Shown here: positions 1 through 14,304 of the stretch, piece after piece
Position numbering within the stretch: position 1 is the stretch's first letter
Layout of the letters: the number at the start of each line of letters is the position of its first letter
Source of the DNA: Octopus vulgaris
Lineage: Eukaryota
DNA length: 64,000 nucleotides
Direction of reading: 5' to 3'
Assembly (NCBI GenBank): GCA_951406725.2
Contig: OX597814.1
Coordinates: forward strand, 74,772,001 to 74,836,000
Translations under genes and position numbers: made by a program
Notes under the pieces: generated by a model
Told to the model about the DNA's origin: nothing
Seen by the model: only the letters and a program-made list of their open reading frames with translations
Database searches by the model: none

Positions 1-969
1 TTTTTTCATTTTTCAATTTTCTTTCTTTTCATTTTTCATTTTTAGCTTTTCGTTTCTCCATTGCTAATTACTAATTCCTCAATTGTCACTTTCTTCTACC
101 TGTTCATTCTTCCTGTCATTCCTCCCTTCATTCCACCTATCACGTTCACAGGCGTCTTAACTCGTACCAATACTAACTTTTCTTCACTTCTCTTGTTGTC
201 TGTTTGTACGTTACCATGTATCCTGTCACCAAAATGTCGTTCTAACTGCTGGAACCTCAAAGTTGTTCACAGTTATTTCATTCATCACCTTGAGTTTCAT
301 TCACTCCTCAGTTATCCACAAGTAAGACGGCCTTAGAGCATCCAGATCTACCGGCATCTCTATGATCTGTCACTCACCAAATGTCTCAGGCTCACGGGAA
401 TGTTAGCAAAAGTAATGTTGATGCTTTTTAGCAAAATGCTTACATATATTGTACACCCGTCTCACGTTTTTTTTAGATCTGAAGACACCTGTCAGGTTGC
501 ACTACTGTAACTAATACAAAGATGGTTCTCATTATCAACTCTGTACGCCATAGTTCCGTTGTTTTCTACGCTTTTCTTTATGTACAGTCTTCTTGTCACT
601 TCTTAAAATATCTAAACCGGCTTCTTGTCACTTCTTAAAATATATAGCCTCATTTTGGCAATAACAGTCTTTCCAGTTCACATCTAAACATTCTACACTA
701 GGACCTCATATGCACACAACCCATCCTCACAATAAATATGTGTATCAAGACTTTGAGAATAGTATTCAATAGTAACGTGGCAACTTAGTTTTTGTTCAAG
801 AGCACAGAGATAATAAATCACTACACATATCAAGGACACGTCCTTGTACTTCCTCCTCAACCTTCAAGGTCTCTATGAACATTAGAACTATACATACACA
901 TATCTATACACACATATATGCATGTGTACACATATTTACATATATGTGCATATATATATATGTTCATAT

Positions 970-1015
<46 letters not shown>

Positions 1016-2639
1016 GCATACATATATATGTATATGTATACACAGACACGGGCACAGACACACACACACACACAAATACATCTGTGCATACATATATTGC
1101 GCTTAAAACCAGGATAAATCTTCCAATCCAATAACTATCTCGGACTTAATAAGGAATGACGCTGCTGCAACAAGTAGACACATTCGAAACTGCTATATTA
1201 AAAAAAAACAAAAGAACAAAAGCGCCTTTCAAATATTTGGCGGTGGTTCACTCACCAGCACACCTCAACTTCTGGCTCGCTATGTACGGTCTCCTTTCTT
1301 TACCCATTTTTTAAAATTTATACTAGAACAATTTCTGCACATCTGAATTAACATACTAAATCCTAGAGTTGAAAGGCTTGGTATTTACTCTGCGTCTATT
1401 TAATCCTCCTTCTCGCACCACCCTAACTGTCTTTTACTCCAGAACTCCACAATGAGCACTTCTTCCAGTCTTTTCTTCAGAAAATTTCAAGCTCTTCAAT
1501 TCACTGCAATCTCACTATTTTCCTTCGTAGACATTAACCAATCGATGTTTAAATATTTGCATTAATCTCACGATTGTGCAGGTGAGGAAAAGGCTAATGG
1601 GCATTCCCCACTCTTGCTTGACTAACTCATATAAAATTATATGGAGCTTTGGTTAACGGAAATGAATATTTCCTTTATTGTCTTATTATCGGTGACAGGA
1701 ACAAGAACTAAGAGTCAATGTATGAAAACAGAGTTATTTCCATTCCTAGTTGAAAGCAAATTACAATTCATTAAATCTCTAAATGAATTTTCTTGGAAAA
1801 ACTATGAGTCTCTCTATAACTCATTTGCCCATAACCAGATATTATAGGATCTTGTTCCTAGTCGAAGATACTTATATACTAACTTTAATTTTAATAATGG
1901 TATCAGTGAGAGTATTCAATAAGTCTTTGCTATATTGCTCGTTATACGTTATTTTGAAACCTATACACACTGATAATTATTAGTGTGTATAGCTTTGAAA
2001 ATAAGTTATGAATGACTGAATGATAGCTAACAGCTATCGACTCTCTGTTTATATCATTCATTTGATGACAAATAGGTACAATAAATTTAGTGAGACGCAG
2101 GGGCTTGGACCGAATGTCTTGAAGAATTTGTTCTTGTTATTTTCGCTCTGAATTCAAAACTGACTACTTGGATTAGCATAAGCGGTCGCCCAGTTAAAAA
2201 TCGTCACTTGTTCCTTGGGTACCTTTATCAATACTTTCTTAAGATGTAAAGGATAATAAACAAAACAAGACACAAGCCTTCAAAACATTGCTACCAAGCA
2301 GGTAGCAGGTGAAAATTAACTCCAAATTAAAAAGAGAAACATACATAAATATATGTCTGCGTATATATGTAAGCATGCATACACGTATGCATGTACGTAT
2401 GCATTATATATACACAAACATATATATACACACACACGTTACATACATATACATACCTGCTTACATGCATATGTATACGTTTATTTGCTAATAGGAATAA
2501 ATTATTAATCATAAATGTTGCAATCTGACAACAAAATTACGATGTTGATTTTTAAAATTATCGAAATACACAAACTATTATTTTTGATATCCATTAAAAA
2601 TACTCATTTTGAGGTCAGATTGACAAATCCATCCAGTAG

Positions 2640-3450
2640 TAGCACTCTGAGTTTTGTCAGAAACTATCTCCAAAAGCCGGTACTATGTATTTGTAAAGAA
2701 AGCATATAAGATGCTCTTAATTAGTGTCGATTCAGCTACGACCAACAGATTCATTCTTCACTTGCCGCAAAGTGCCAATTGAAATAGCAAACACATGATG
2801 GACTTTATGAAACACCACAATCTAATTGCTATTAATGCAAGGCTTCAGAATCGTACAGTTAGGCCTTGGACATGTCGTCGTTCATGTAGCAACAGGAAAA
2901 AAGTCGATTAATAGCAAAAAGTTGCTTACATAGAACTCTTTTGAGAACTGAATCTGAATACAGGAAGGTAAGTTACTGCAAGATAAGTACCAGTTAGAGT
3001 TCCTATGAAACAAAGCGACAAAGGAAATGTAGCAGGTGATGCTAACCTATCCGAGATGTTTACATTTTTAGTACACAACAGCTTCATCGCTTTCTGGGAT
3101 GAACTTGAGGAAAAGAATTGCAGCAGAGCTGTATGTAACACACTAGCCACTACCAACAGGGATATAGCAATGGGATTGCTATCAAGGAGACACAATGAGA
3201 AGGTTAAAAGGGTCCGAAAACGTTTAAAGAAAGTTGCCAAAAAACATTTTTCGTGCTCCATTAGGAATGCTGAAATATAACTCAAATTAAGTTAAAACAC
3301 TTGATGAAGTGTACAAAGTGGAGCCAAAAGTACACATTAAGTCCAAAACTGAAGAAGTCTACGATCTCCACAACGAAAACAACTTATTGCCGCCTAAGAA
3401 GCTCTGAAGAAATTTCTAGCACGACAGCTTTTCCAGTGATCTACATTATG
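2640..3450 (+). mobile_element. Degenerate LINE fragment (APE endonuclease C-terminal half plus linker, RTE-like)
   Basis: Manual translation near 2790-2870 gives NSKHMMDFMKHHNLIAINARLQNRTVRPWT, resembling the N.NG..L.DF....NL...N..F......WT block of LINE APE domains; many stops and frameshifts. Confidence 0.4.
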
Positions 3451-4046
3451 TGGGAAACCACCGGCAACATCTAGTTTCAGCACTTTATATTGTTACGTGG
3501 AAGCAAGATGAAAAAAATCTAATTGGGCTAGAGACCAAACCAGTAATTTATTTTATGTAAGATAACTGAATTGAAAAAAATTAATGAATCACTATTTCTC
3601 CGTACAGAAGTACCCCACTGGCTCCTGTGGACTTCTGGTTTACCTCTAGCACTAAAGAGATTTTTCCAATGTGAAATAAAGGATTTTCTACAGTTCAAAG
3701 AATGTCACGCTTCGTTGACCTGATGCTAAACAAAAATGTGGAACATTGTCCTGATATCTTTATACGTAAATACTTTATCATGAGTATCCCAATTGATTGG
3801 CACCCTTTCAAAGACAAAAATGGTTTGTTTTCATTTCACGAAGTTAGCCAGTTTTAGATTCATTGTTGTTATATCCAAAAGTAAAACAAGAGCTCACATG
3901 TGGATTTCTCGGGTTGGGACTGGAAATGACTAATATAATGAAAATTTAGATACATAACCATGTTTGGCGAATATATATATATATTCGCCAAACATGGTTA
4001 TGTATCTAAATTTTCATTATAGTCATTTCCAGTCGCAACACACACA

Positions 4047-4104
<58 letters not shown>

Positions 4105-4238
4105 TGTATGTACATGCACAATTGTAAATGTGCGTGTATATATATATATATTAAATTAGAGATAAAACCACTATTAGGCAAATCAAACAGTGCAAAACAT
4201 AAACCAAAACATAAAAATAAAAATAACTAATATAACAT

Positions 4239-4456
4239 ACTCTTTTACTCTTTTACTTGTTTCCGTCATTTGACTGCGGCCATGCTGGAGCACCGCCTAT
4301 AGTCGAGCAAATCGACCCCGGGACTTATTCTTTGTAAGCCCAGTACTTATTCTATCGGCTTCTTTTGCCGAACCGCTAAGTGACGGGGACGTAAACACAC
4401 CAGCATCGGTTGTCAAGCAATGCTAGGGAGACAAACTCATACACACACATACACAC

Positions 4457-4493
<37 letters not shown>

Positions 4494-4652
4494 TACTACA
4501 GGCTTCTTTCAGTTTCCGTTTACCAAATCCACTCACAAGGCATTGGTCGGCCCGGGGCTATAGCAGAAGACACTTGCCCAAGATGCCACGCAGTGGGACT
4601 GAACCCGGAACAATATGGTTGGTTAGCAAGCTACTTACCACACAGCCACTCC
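4239..4652 (-). mobile_element. tRNA-derived SINE, family A (octopus-type, internal microsatellite, (AAAAGAGT)n tail)
   Basis: Reverse strand reads GGAGTGGCTGTGTGGTAAG (A box) ... GGTTCAGTCCC (B-box-like), then internal (AT)/(GT) repeat and AAGTAAAAGAGTAAAAGAGT tail; similar copies at 20964, 31791, 39175, 42912, 63038. Confidence 0.85.
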
Positions 4653-4894
4653 ACAAAATGTCATATAAAATATAAAATATAAAAATTTAAATTATTTAAA
4701 TTTAAAATTAAAATTATTAATTTATATTTATAAATTCTTATATATATATATTTTATTAAATATATATAACTATCAAAAAGTATTAAAAAGTTTCGAAACA
4801 TACATAATATATGAGACAAAAAGAACAGGGCAGGCTGCATATGCATACTCGGGACGTCTATATATCAGGTGATATTATACAAATATATATATAA

Positions 4895-5040
4895 ACTGGT
4901 GAGGTAATCTGGAACTCGACTGAGGATAGAAAGCTCCAAATGATCCGTCCTTATTTTTTCCTGTCCTTTTTTGTATCGTCTAACTGTCCGGATGTTTTGT
5001 TGTCGCCTGTTACGTTCTTGTTCCATCTTTTGTTTTGTTT

Positions 5041-5137
<97 letters not shown>

Positions 5138-5343
5138 CGTTGGGGGTGTGACCGTGTGTGTATCGTTGGCGAATTTCTTTCTCTGTCTTCCCTTCTTTGA
5201 ACTTTTTCTATATTTCTGATGAAGAGCTCCGCTCGAAACGTGGAATCCTCTTTCTTTTCTTTCCTTTCCTGAGCGTCCAATAACACAGTATTTGTAACAC
5301 GTCGGCGTGTTGCTTTTTCTTGTATGTTCTTGTTCGTATTGAC

Positions 5344-5345
<2 letters not shown>
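4895..5345 (+). mobile_element. PLE-derived 3' end (pseudo-LTR) with hammerhead-like motif, ending in (AT)n
   Basis: CTGATGA-A-GAGC-TCC-GCTC-GAAAC-GT at 5216-5241, then a short tail abutting (AT)n/(ATGT)n. The cleavage triplet reads GUG, so this copy is probably inactive. Confidence 0.6.
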
Positions 5346-5395
<50 letters not shown>

Positions 5396-6013
5396 TGTAT
5401 GTATGTATGTATGTATGTATGTATGTATGTATATTGCATTTACAAATACATAATATATGAGACAAAAGGAACAGGGCAGGCTGCATATGCATACTCGGGA
5501 CGTCTATATATCAGGTGATATTATAGAAAGCTTCTGTCGAAGGTACATAACAGCCGATCATGCAATCCTTGTAAGTCATCCCGCTGCACACCTTCGAAGT
5601 TAGCCAAGAGAAAGGTAAGTGTATATATATTTTTTCCACCCGTATCGTCGCAGGCATTACCATCATAATCTAAATAACATGAAAAGATACTGCAAAGCAT
5701 ACCGATCACGGTCAAAAAATTACGACAGTCCACTCATCTAAACTGAAATTTGTTGAATGGAAAGTAAAGTTGACCTCGACAGGATCTGAACTCAAAACGC
5801 AGAAAACTGAAACAAAGTATTATATCGTAACGCATTTTATACAACTACTCTAACAACAGTAAAATTTTCCCCCTCTCGTTCTATCAATCTGTACACACAC
5901 ATACACACACACACACATATGTATGTGTGTGTATACATTTATATATCAATATAATACATATGTGGTTACACATATACATACACGCAAATATACATATATA
6001 ACTATACTTATAC

Positions 6014-6112
<99 letters not shown>

Positions 6113-6440
6113 GTATGTGTGCGCGCGCACACATACTCATAGAAATATGCTCACATACATAGAAACACGTGTGGGTACATGAGTGTATGCGAGCGTGTAT
6201 GTTTTGTGCGCGTGTGAGAACAGTATATACGAATCTCAGCTTTAGAGAACATTGTGACCCTGACGCAACCTACGTTATGCTGCTAATCTACACTTGACAG
6301 GTGTACCACCTTACCATATACGTATACTTACAAGAAAGAAAGAATGGGAAAACGAGACTTAGCGTGTGTGTGTGTGTGTATGTATTAATACTTATGCAAA
6401 TGCGATTCTGTGTGCGCGCGAGCGTGTGTGCGTGCGTGCG

Positions 6441-6471
<31 letters not shown>

Positions 6472-6794
6472 AATAGGTATAACACCTATTACATGCTCAA
6501 CTTGCTATATACTGCGGGGGTGTTGAAACATATTTTACATTCATGAAGGTATTCGGCACCAGAAATACTACATAGTTATATAACTATTTTTTTTTACTTT
6601 TAATATATGCCAATTAACCGATTGCAGGATATTTGCTATTAATTGTTTAATGTAATTTTTTTATTGTTCATATTTTAAGGAAGTCTATAATCTATCTCAG
6701 ACTAAGGCGTAGTCATTAAATTGCCAGCGAAAACTCGTTTCATTATGAGAAAATAGGCAAAAATAAGTACATATATATATATATATATATATAA

Positions 6795-6830
<36 letters not shown>

Positions 6831-7084
6831 TTATATATATATAATTTACACATATATATATATATATATATATAAGTACATATATAATGTACTGTTCCGT
6901 GATAAAAAAAATGAACAAAGAACTACTCCATCAGGTGAGAGGTAAATATTATTTATTTCAAGGGCACAATACATGCATTTAACTGCTATGATAGTTTCAT
7001 ATCGTGAGAAATACTCAAACGTTTTCTTCAGGCGCAAACCACATATCGTAACGAACTTTAAATAAACACTCCACAAACTCACTC

Positions 7085-7178
<94 letters not shown>

Positions 7179-7348
7179 ACACATATATTTAAAAATTGAG
7201 AAGACGAGTTAAGAACAGCTTTCTGCATGCTTTGTTAGTTCGCCGGTTTACTGTTGCGGTGCGCTCGAAGGACGACTCCCTCATTGCACTGGGTGTTAAA
7301 CTGAAAGTCACAGAAAGGCAGAACAACTCACCTAAGATCCTATATATA

Positions 7349-7377
<29 letters not shown>

Positions 7378-7380
<3 letters not shown>

Positions 7381-7685
7381 TTCAAAATAGAAAATTACCG
7401 TTTAACAGGCAATTTTTACATGCTAGAAATAGCAGTCAAACACGGCCAAAGACCACAATTTTATAGCAAATTTCGAAGTAAATGAAAAATAAAAACCTTT
7501 ACCTTTTCATTTACTTCGAAATTTGCTATAAAATTGTAGTTTTTGGCCGTGTTTGGCTGGTATTTCTAGCATCTAAAAATTGCTTGTTAAAGGATAATTT
7601 TCTGTTTTGAAATACGAATATGTTGTCTCTTGACTTTTTATATATGCTAGGCCACTGGTGGTGATATTTATAACGAGTATTCGCC

Positions 7686-7690
<5 letters not shown>
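7378..7690. repeat. Fold-back (about 110-bp arms) of a repeat 3' end, between (AT)n tracts
   Basis: 7378-7488 is the reverse complement of 7504-7614; 7504-7690 is a diverged direct copy of 8040-8228. Confidence 0.85.
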
Positions 7691-7746
<56 letters not shown>

Positions 7747-7902
7747 CTTATGAATATGTTCTTAGCATTCTCAAAGTTTCAGCTCGGTATTGTATCTATT
7801 GCTGACTGTAAATGCGCTTGAGCGCGATATTTGAAAAACTATAGCATATAATGATGGGACACGTGTTATTTTGTCTCTGAATTATAAGTTAGTTGTTTAG
7901 GC

Positions 7903-8013
7903 CGGTTAATGACGAGAATTCGCCTGGTAGATAATATGGTCTTGCTAAATTATCTATTAAAATATGGCAAGCAATATTATTTGCTAAAGAAATTCGAAAC
8001 CATAGTATAACCG
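7903..8013 (+). ncRNA. Type I hammerhead-like motif with 70-nt branched insertion in stem II (C3A variant)
   Basis: Stem I CGGTTA/TAACCG; core ATGACGA; stem II GAATT...AATTC; GAAAC-CATA-GTA. Confidence 0.6.
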
Positions 8014-8279
8014 TTATATAACAAGGTAAAGGTTTTTATTTTTCATTTACTTCGAAATTTGCTATAAAATTGTGGTTTTTGACCGTGTTTGGCTGCTATT
8101 TCGAGCACGTAAAAATTGCCTGTTAAAGGGTAATTTTCTGTTTTGAAATACGAATATGTTGTCTATTGACTTTTTATACATGCTAGGCCACTGGTTGTGA
8201 TATTTATAACGAGTATTCGCCACCCTATACATACATACATACAAACATACATACATACATACATACATACATACATACA

Positions 8280-9020
<741 letters not shown>

Positions 9021-9039
9021 ACACACACGCACGCGCGCA

Positions 9040-9092
<53 letters not shown>

Positions 9093-9101
9093 GCACGCAC
9101 A

Positions 9102-9141
<40 letters not shown>

Positions 9142-9144
<3 letters not shown>

Positions 9145-9630
9145 GAAAGTGTAACAAATGAACGAAAAGAGCACTTAACACATTTTGTAGGAGTTACATA
9201 TATTATTTAAAATAGCTTGATTCGCCTTCATGTGATTTAAAGTTTCGCAGGCCTCTAACAGAAACCCGTCTCCTTCAGGCTTTGGATTACCGAATGGAGA
9301 AATACAGGAAGTCAACGATGGTTACCGGAAAATAAGTTGCTATTGATTGAGGCAAGTTACATGATGTTGTCAAAGTGATATCAGTTGCCCATCGACACCT
9401 GTTTCTTTAAAAAAAAGACAGGAAGCTGGTGGATCCTAAAATTCTGAGTGTGGCAGAAGTGAGTCTAGCTAGTATGTGAGAGTAAGTTTGTGTTGGTGTA
9501 TGCGTGTCTGAACATTTATACGAAAGGTATGAATGCGTAGAAATGGGTGTGATTGTGTGTATGTATGCATCATTGCTAACTACATACGCGTGCACACGTG
9601 AACGCATTTAGGATGCGAGTATGGGTGCGT
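9142..9630 (-). mobile_element. Probable PLE 3' end inserted in (CA)n, degenerate hammerhead-like motif
   Basis: Minus strand 9242-9280 reads CCTGAAGG...stem-loop...CGAAAC; the 3' end fuses to (TG)n. Confidence 0.4.
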
Positions 9631-9635
9631 ATACA

Positions 9636-9979
9636 TCTATATAAATAAAACTCAACTGCGTATGTGTGTGCATCTGTGTGTGTGTCTGTGTGTTTAACTT
9701 CCCGGCACATCTCCTCCTAGCCAACAAATCGTAGAACCACCAAAAATGAGTCACTTAAAGTTTAGGCGAATGAAAATTGAACTGCGCTATTTCTGTTCCG
9801 AAATTCATCTCGCAAGTGCAAAAATCGATAATGTGTTTGTTTAGGCCTTATCCCATGCATTGAATAGTGAACTTTACTCAGTCAGCTGTTGACGTGAACT
9901 GTGTTCACCACGCGTGCAAGCATGCGTAAATTGCATGAAAAATAAAAAATCAAGATATAAAAACGAATCGCCGTAAATA
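9636..9979 (+). mobile_element. Possible non-autonomous Helitron 5' portion (truncated)
   Basis: Begins A|TCTATATAAATAAAA followed by a (TG)/(TCTG) run, typical of non-autonomous Helitron 5' ends; no CTRR 3' end seen. Confidence 0.35.
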
Positions 9980-10063
9980 TTGTAGAAATTCGGCAAAGAA
10001 ATGAATTTTCGGGATGTAGCCTGGAGGGTTTTTCGTATTAATATATATATATATCATCATATA

Positions 10064-10132
<69 letters not shown>

Positions 10133-10181
10133 AAACAAGTCAAAAATAGAAAATGCTAAGATGATTTTATAGTGAATCTTT

Positions 10182-10219
10182 CAGTACCGGTTTCGGTCAT
10201 TTTGAGACCTTTTCAACTG
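10182..10219 (-). ncRNA. Minimal type I hammerhead in the PLE pLTR, U3-A8 covariant core
   Basis: Minus strand CAG-TTGAAAA-GGTC-TCAAAAT-GACC-GAAAC-CG-GTA-CTG; palindromic ACCGGT stem III. Confidence 0.75.
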
Positions 10220-10474
10220 TAACGATTAAATAATTAAATTTTGAAAAATTTAGAAAAATTAGAAGAAAGGTTTTTTTAAAGGAATACTTCCATAGTAGTG
10301 TTCAGATATATGTGGCATTCTGCCTTTCTCTGACTCCCTTGTTTGCACTTGTGTATTCGAGGTCGTTGTGAGTTCTTGAGGGGGTGGGAGTGGGAAAATC
10401 TGGGCTGGTCAGTGGCGACCGGCAGTCGCTGCGTAGGCGTTATACTTAAAGACATTAGTGGGGGTAGAAGGTGG

Positions 10475-10660
10475 AGAAGTAGAAGAAGAAGAAGAAGATG
10501 ACGGTGCCGATGATGATGACGATGAAGAAGAGGAAGGAGAAGGAGAAGATGACGATGATGATGGTGGTGATGACGATGACGACGATGATGATGATAACGA
10601 TGATGATGAAGAAGAAGAAGAAGAAGAAGAAGAGGGAGAAGAAGAAAAAAAAACAGAGAA
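10475..10660. repeat. (GAA)/(GAT) trinucleotide low-complexity tract in the PLE 3' UTR
   Basis: GAA/GAT/GAC triplet runs seen directly. Confidence 0.9.
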
Positions 10661-10775
10661 GGGAGAATATGAATGGGTGAAGATATAGCTGTTTTGGGGC
10701 GATTAGTAATGGATTCTATGGAATGTAATATTTGTGTGTGTATATATATTTCTTTTATTCTTAAGTTGAGCTATA

Positions 10776-12622
10776 TTAATTGTTTGTCGTAGACCCGTTA
10801 AGAAGTGGCCTGTATTTTATAATAAAGAGATTTTCTTTACTTATTCGTTGTCTCGAGGTTGTATCGTCCCTAAATTGGTAGAGGGGGAAAATTCTGAAGT
10901 TTGGTGTTTTTTGTTGGCGCAAGTATCTATGTGTTGGCTAAAAGCTATTTTTCTGTTTTGGGGAATTTTTATCTGGGATCTGTGCAGGGCCATTCGTTTA
11001 CGCAAACCATTTTTTGTTTGGCCTATGTACTGCTCTTGACACCCGGAGCAGGTTAGTGAGTATATTAGGTTCTCCGAAGCACATGTGAAGTTGCTTTTCA
11101 CTGTAAACCGTTGTCCCTGTTTGAAGGAGAACTCAGAACCCTCGATTAGGTAGTCGCATATCCCGCAATTGGGTCTTCCACATTTTTTTACTGTCGGCTT
11201 CTGTGTTGAAGAGTGAATTCGGGCTTGTGTTAGAAGACTTTTCATGGATCTAGGCTGTCTTTTGCTTTTTATGATCGTGTGTGTTTGGAGGATTGTGTTC
11301 ATTCTGTGGTCTTTTTTTAGGAGGGGTATGTTGTGGAGGATGGTGCCGAAGGCTTCGTTATTGAGAGGGTTGTGTGTGGAGATGTATGGTAAGGCTTTTG
11401 GTTGTAAGTTTTTCTTTGATTTGGGATGTCTCAGTTCCTTGATGTTAAGTTGAAGGGCACGTTGAATGCACTTGTCAATAAGTGAAGGTGGATAGTTCCT
11501 GGTGATAAGGGTATCTTTTAGTTCTTGTAGTCGTGTGTCTCTGGTGTTTGCGTTAGAGACTATAGTGCATATCCTTTTTGCTAGATTGAAGGGGATATTC
11601 ATCCTGGTGGGTCTGGGGTGGCATGAATTGAATGGAAGATATTGCTTAGAGTCTGTAGGTTTATAGTATATGTCTGTTTCTATTATATTATTAGCTTTCT
11701 TAATGAGGATATCGAGGAAGGGAAGTTGTTGCTGGCTATATTCCATCGTGAATTGGATGTTTACGTCCAGCCCGTTTAAAATTTCCTGGAATTCTATGAG
11801 TTTTTCTATATTTTTATGCCAAAGAATGAAACAGTCATCTAGATATCTCTTCCAGTTGTTTTCTATGTAGATGGAGAAAGGGCTGCCATATCTTTCTAGA
11901 ACCTAACGATATAGACTGATCTCTAGGTATCCTATGACTAGGTTGGCAAAGGAGGGGGCCATTCGTGTACCCATCGCAGTCCCCGATTTTTGTCGGTAGA
12001 AGTTGTCATTGAAGGCGAAGAAGTTATTTTCCAGGATGAATTTAACCCCTTCTATCACGAATTCTTTTTTGATGCGGTGTGGTAGTTCGTTGGCGTGATT
12101 CTCTAGCCAGAATTGGATTGCCTCTAGTCCTAGGTTGTGGGGGATATTGGAGTAGAGGTTGACTACATCGAAGGATACCAGTATGGTGTTTTGGTTTATA
12201 GTATTCGGTAGGTGATTGAGCATATCTAAGTCGTCCCTTATATAGCTTTTGACATGTTTGAGGAGTGGTTTTAACAGGGTGTCTAAAAAGTTACTGAGGC
12301 GGTGGGTTTCGCATGCGGGACCTGCTATTATGGGTCTCAATTTGAGGTCATTAGGATTAGGGACTTTAATTATTTTGTCTGTGGCTATCTTGCATGCGTT
12401 GCTTATTTTTTCACTTTTGTGGATCTTAGGTATACCGTAGAATTGGCTAGTTTTACTTGTGAAATTGGTCATATAATCATATTCTTTGTCGGTGAGCCCT
12501 GCTTTGTATGGGTTAAATATGGATTTTAGTTCCCTCATTATTTTTTGTTGACTGTAGTTTTGTGCCTTTTCATAGTATGTTGTGTCTTCCAGCATAGAAA
12601 GAACCAAAGTTATGTAAAAGTT
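10776..12622 (-). pseudogene. PLE RT-GIY-YIG ORF with one in-frame TAG (11903-11905) and one frameshift in an A-run (about 10910)
   Basis: ORFs 11903-12607 and 10841-11746 are in the same frame; the gap translates VLERYGSPFSIYIENNWKRYLDDCFILW...QFT. A one-base shift at the A-run restores the C-terminus ...FRIFPLYQF...RISKENLFIIKYRPLLNGSTTNN*. Confidence 0.9.
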
Positions 12623-12623
12623 A

Positions 12624-12683
<60 letters not shown>

Positions 12684-12689
<6 letters not shown>

Positions 12690-13184
12690 TATATAGAAGG
12701 AGCTTCTACAGGACTAGTACTGTTTCATTCAAGAGAAATCTTCAGGAAGCTATTTAACAAGAATTGTATTAGCATTTATACATTTAGGCAGGTTTAAAGG
12801 AGTGGTGGTGGGGGACTTTTTGGGGGTAGGCATAGCGCAAAATATCATACTTGGGGGAGTGGTCAAGGAGTCAGTGGTAAGTTAGATGAAAGAATAGATA
12901 AATAAAAAAATAGATAAATAAAATAAAAAAATAAAAAAATAAAAAAATAAAAATGAAAAATAAAAATAAAAAGATAAAATAAAAGAATAAAAAAAATAAA
13001 AAATATAAAAAATATATATAAAAAAAATATATATATATAAAATATATATATAAAAAAATATATATATAAAAAAAAAAAAAAAAAAAGGGGGGATAGAGTT
13101 ATAGGTAAATAAGGAGATTCTCACTTATACCTATACACACATGTATACGTATCTACACACACATACACACATACACATATATAT

Positions 13185-13231
<47 letters not shown>

Positions 13232-13684
13232 CCTACACATACACACATACATACATACAAATTTACATATACATATATATATATATACAATCCAATACAG
13301 GCCCATTCCCTAATTTTAATTTTATTATCTTCATTTATTACTTTTGTTATCTTTGATCGCTAGGGCTAAGAATCCTGGCAGTGGCTGCCTGTCCATTTGT
13401 CTGTCTACTAGAAGGCAAGTACTCATTCCCGCACGCACACTCATTAGCACGTACATTCACCCATTCGTACACTCATACACATACACGTACGCACGCGTTA
13501 TATTCATACATACAAACATCTACATACGTTCACGTATATACACATACGTACTCGTACCTACAGATTCGTGTCTACACTTTAGGAGGCTAGTCTATACATA
13601 TACACCAATAAATATACATATATATATATATACCCGCACATACATACACACACACACATATATACTCCTACATACAGATACATA

Positions 13685-13734
<50 letters not shown>

Positions 13735-13921
13735 CATACACCTACACACATACATATACACACACATACATACACATATATATACATACACAAACATATA
13801 TACACACACATATATATACATACACACATACACACATACATACGTATACATACATACATACATCCATACATCCATACTTACATGCATTTATACGCATACA
13901 CACACCCATCTATATATATGC

Positions 13922-13953
<32 letters not shown>

Positions 13954-14235
13954 TCACACATACATATACAAATCTACGCACACACATACATACATACACG
14001 TATACGCATACACGCACATACACATATACATGCGTACCCATACACGTGCACACACGCACGCGCATCCATATATATACACACACACACATATATATATACA
14101 CGTGTGCAAGCATACATACATACTCATACGCGCACACATACTTACAAATACATATATGCACACACTTACACACATATATATACATACACATATACATGCA
14201 TACATACATATATGCATACATACACACACGCACTC

Positions 14236-14268
<33 letters not shown>

Positions 14269-14273
14269 TATGC

Positions 14274-14304
<31 letters not shown>

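Larger units (their letters stand above)
10130..12622 (-). mobile_element. Penelope-like retroelement, Neptune-type, 5'-truncated, with 3' UTR/pLTR
   Basis: RT motifs FYGIPKIHK, LRPII, SFDVVNLYSNIP, QKSGTAMGT, RYLDD, LPFLD, TDIYYKPT; Cys-rich linker CGRPNCGIC; GIY-YIG NLIYSLTCSGCQEQYIGQT with H..H; both ends in (AT)n. Confidence 0.95.

Noticed and set aside
5550-5585. SECIS-like AUGA...AA...UGA on the minus strand
   Set aside because: Helix between the quartets is too short and poorly paired; no selenoprotein ORF.
10458-10688. Acidic D/E-rich ORF
   Set aside because: Trinucleotide tract antisense within the PLE 3' UTR; GTG start.
11903-11905. Recoded stop (selenocysteine, as in some Naiad PLEs)
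   Set aside because: The codon is TAG, not TGA, and the endonuclease is C-terminal; a point mutation is simpler.
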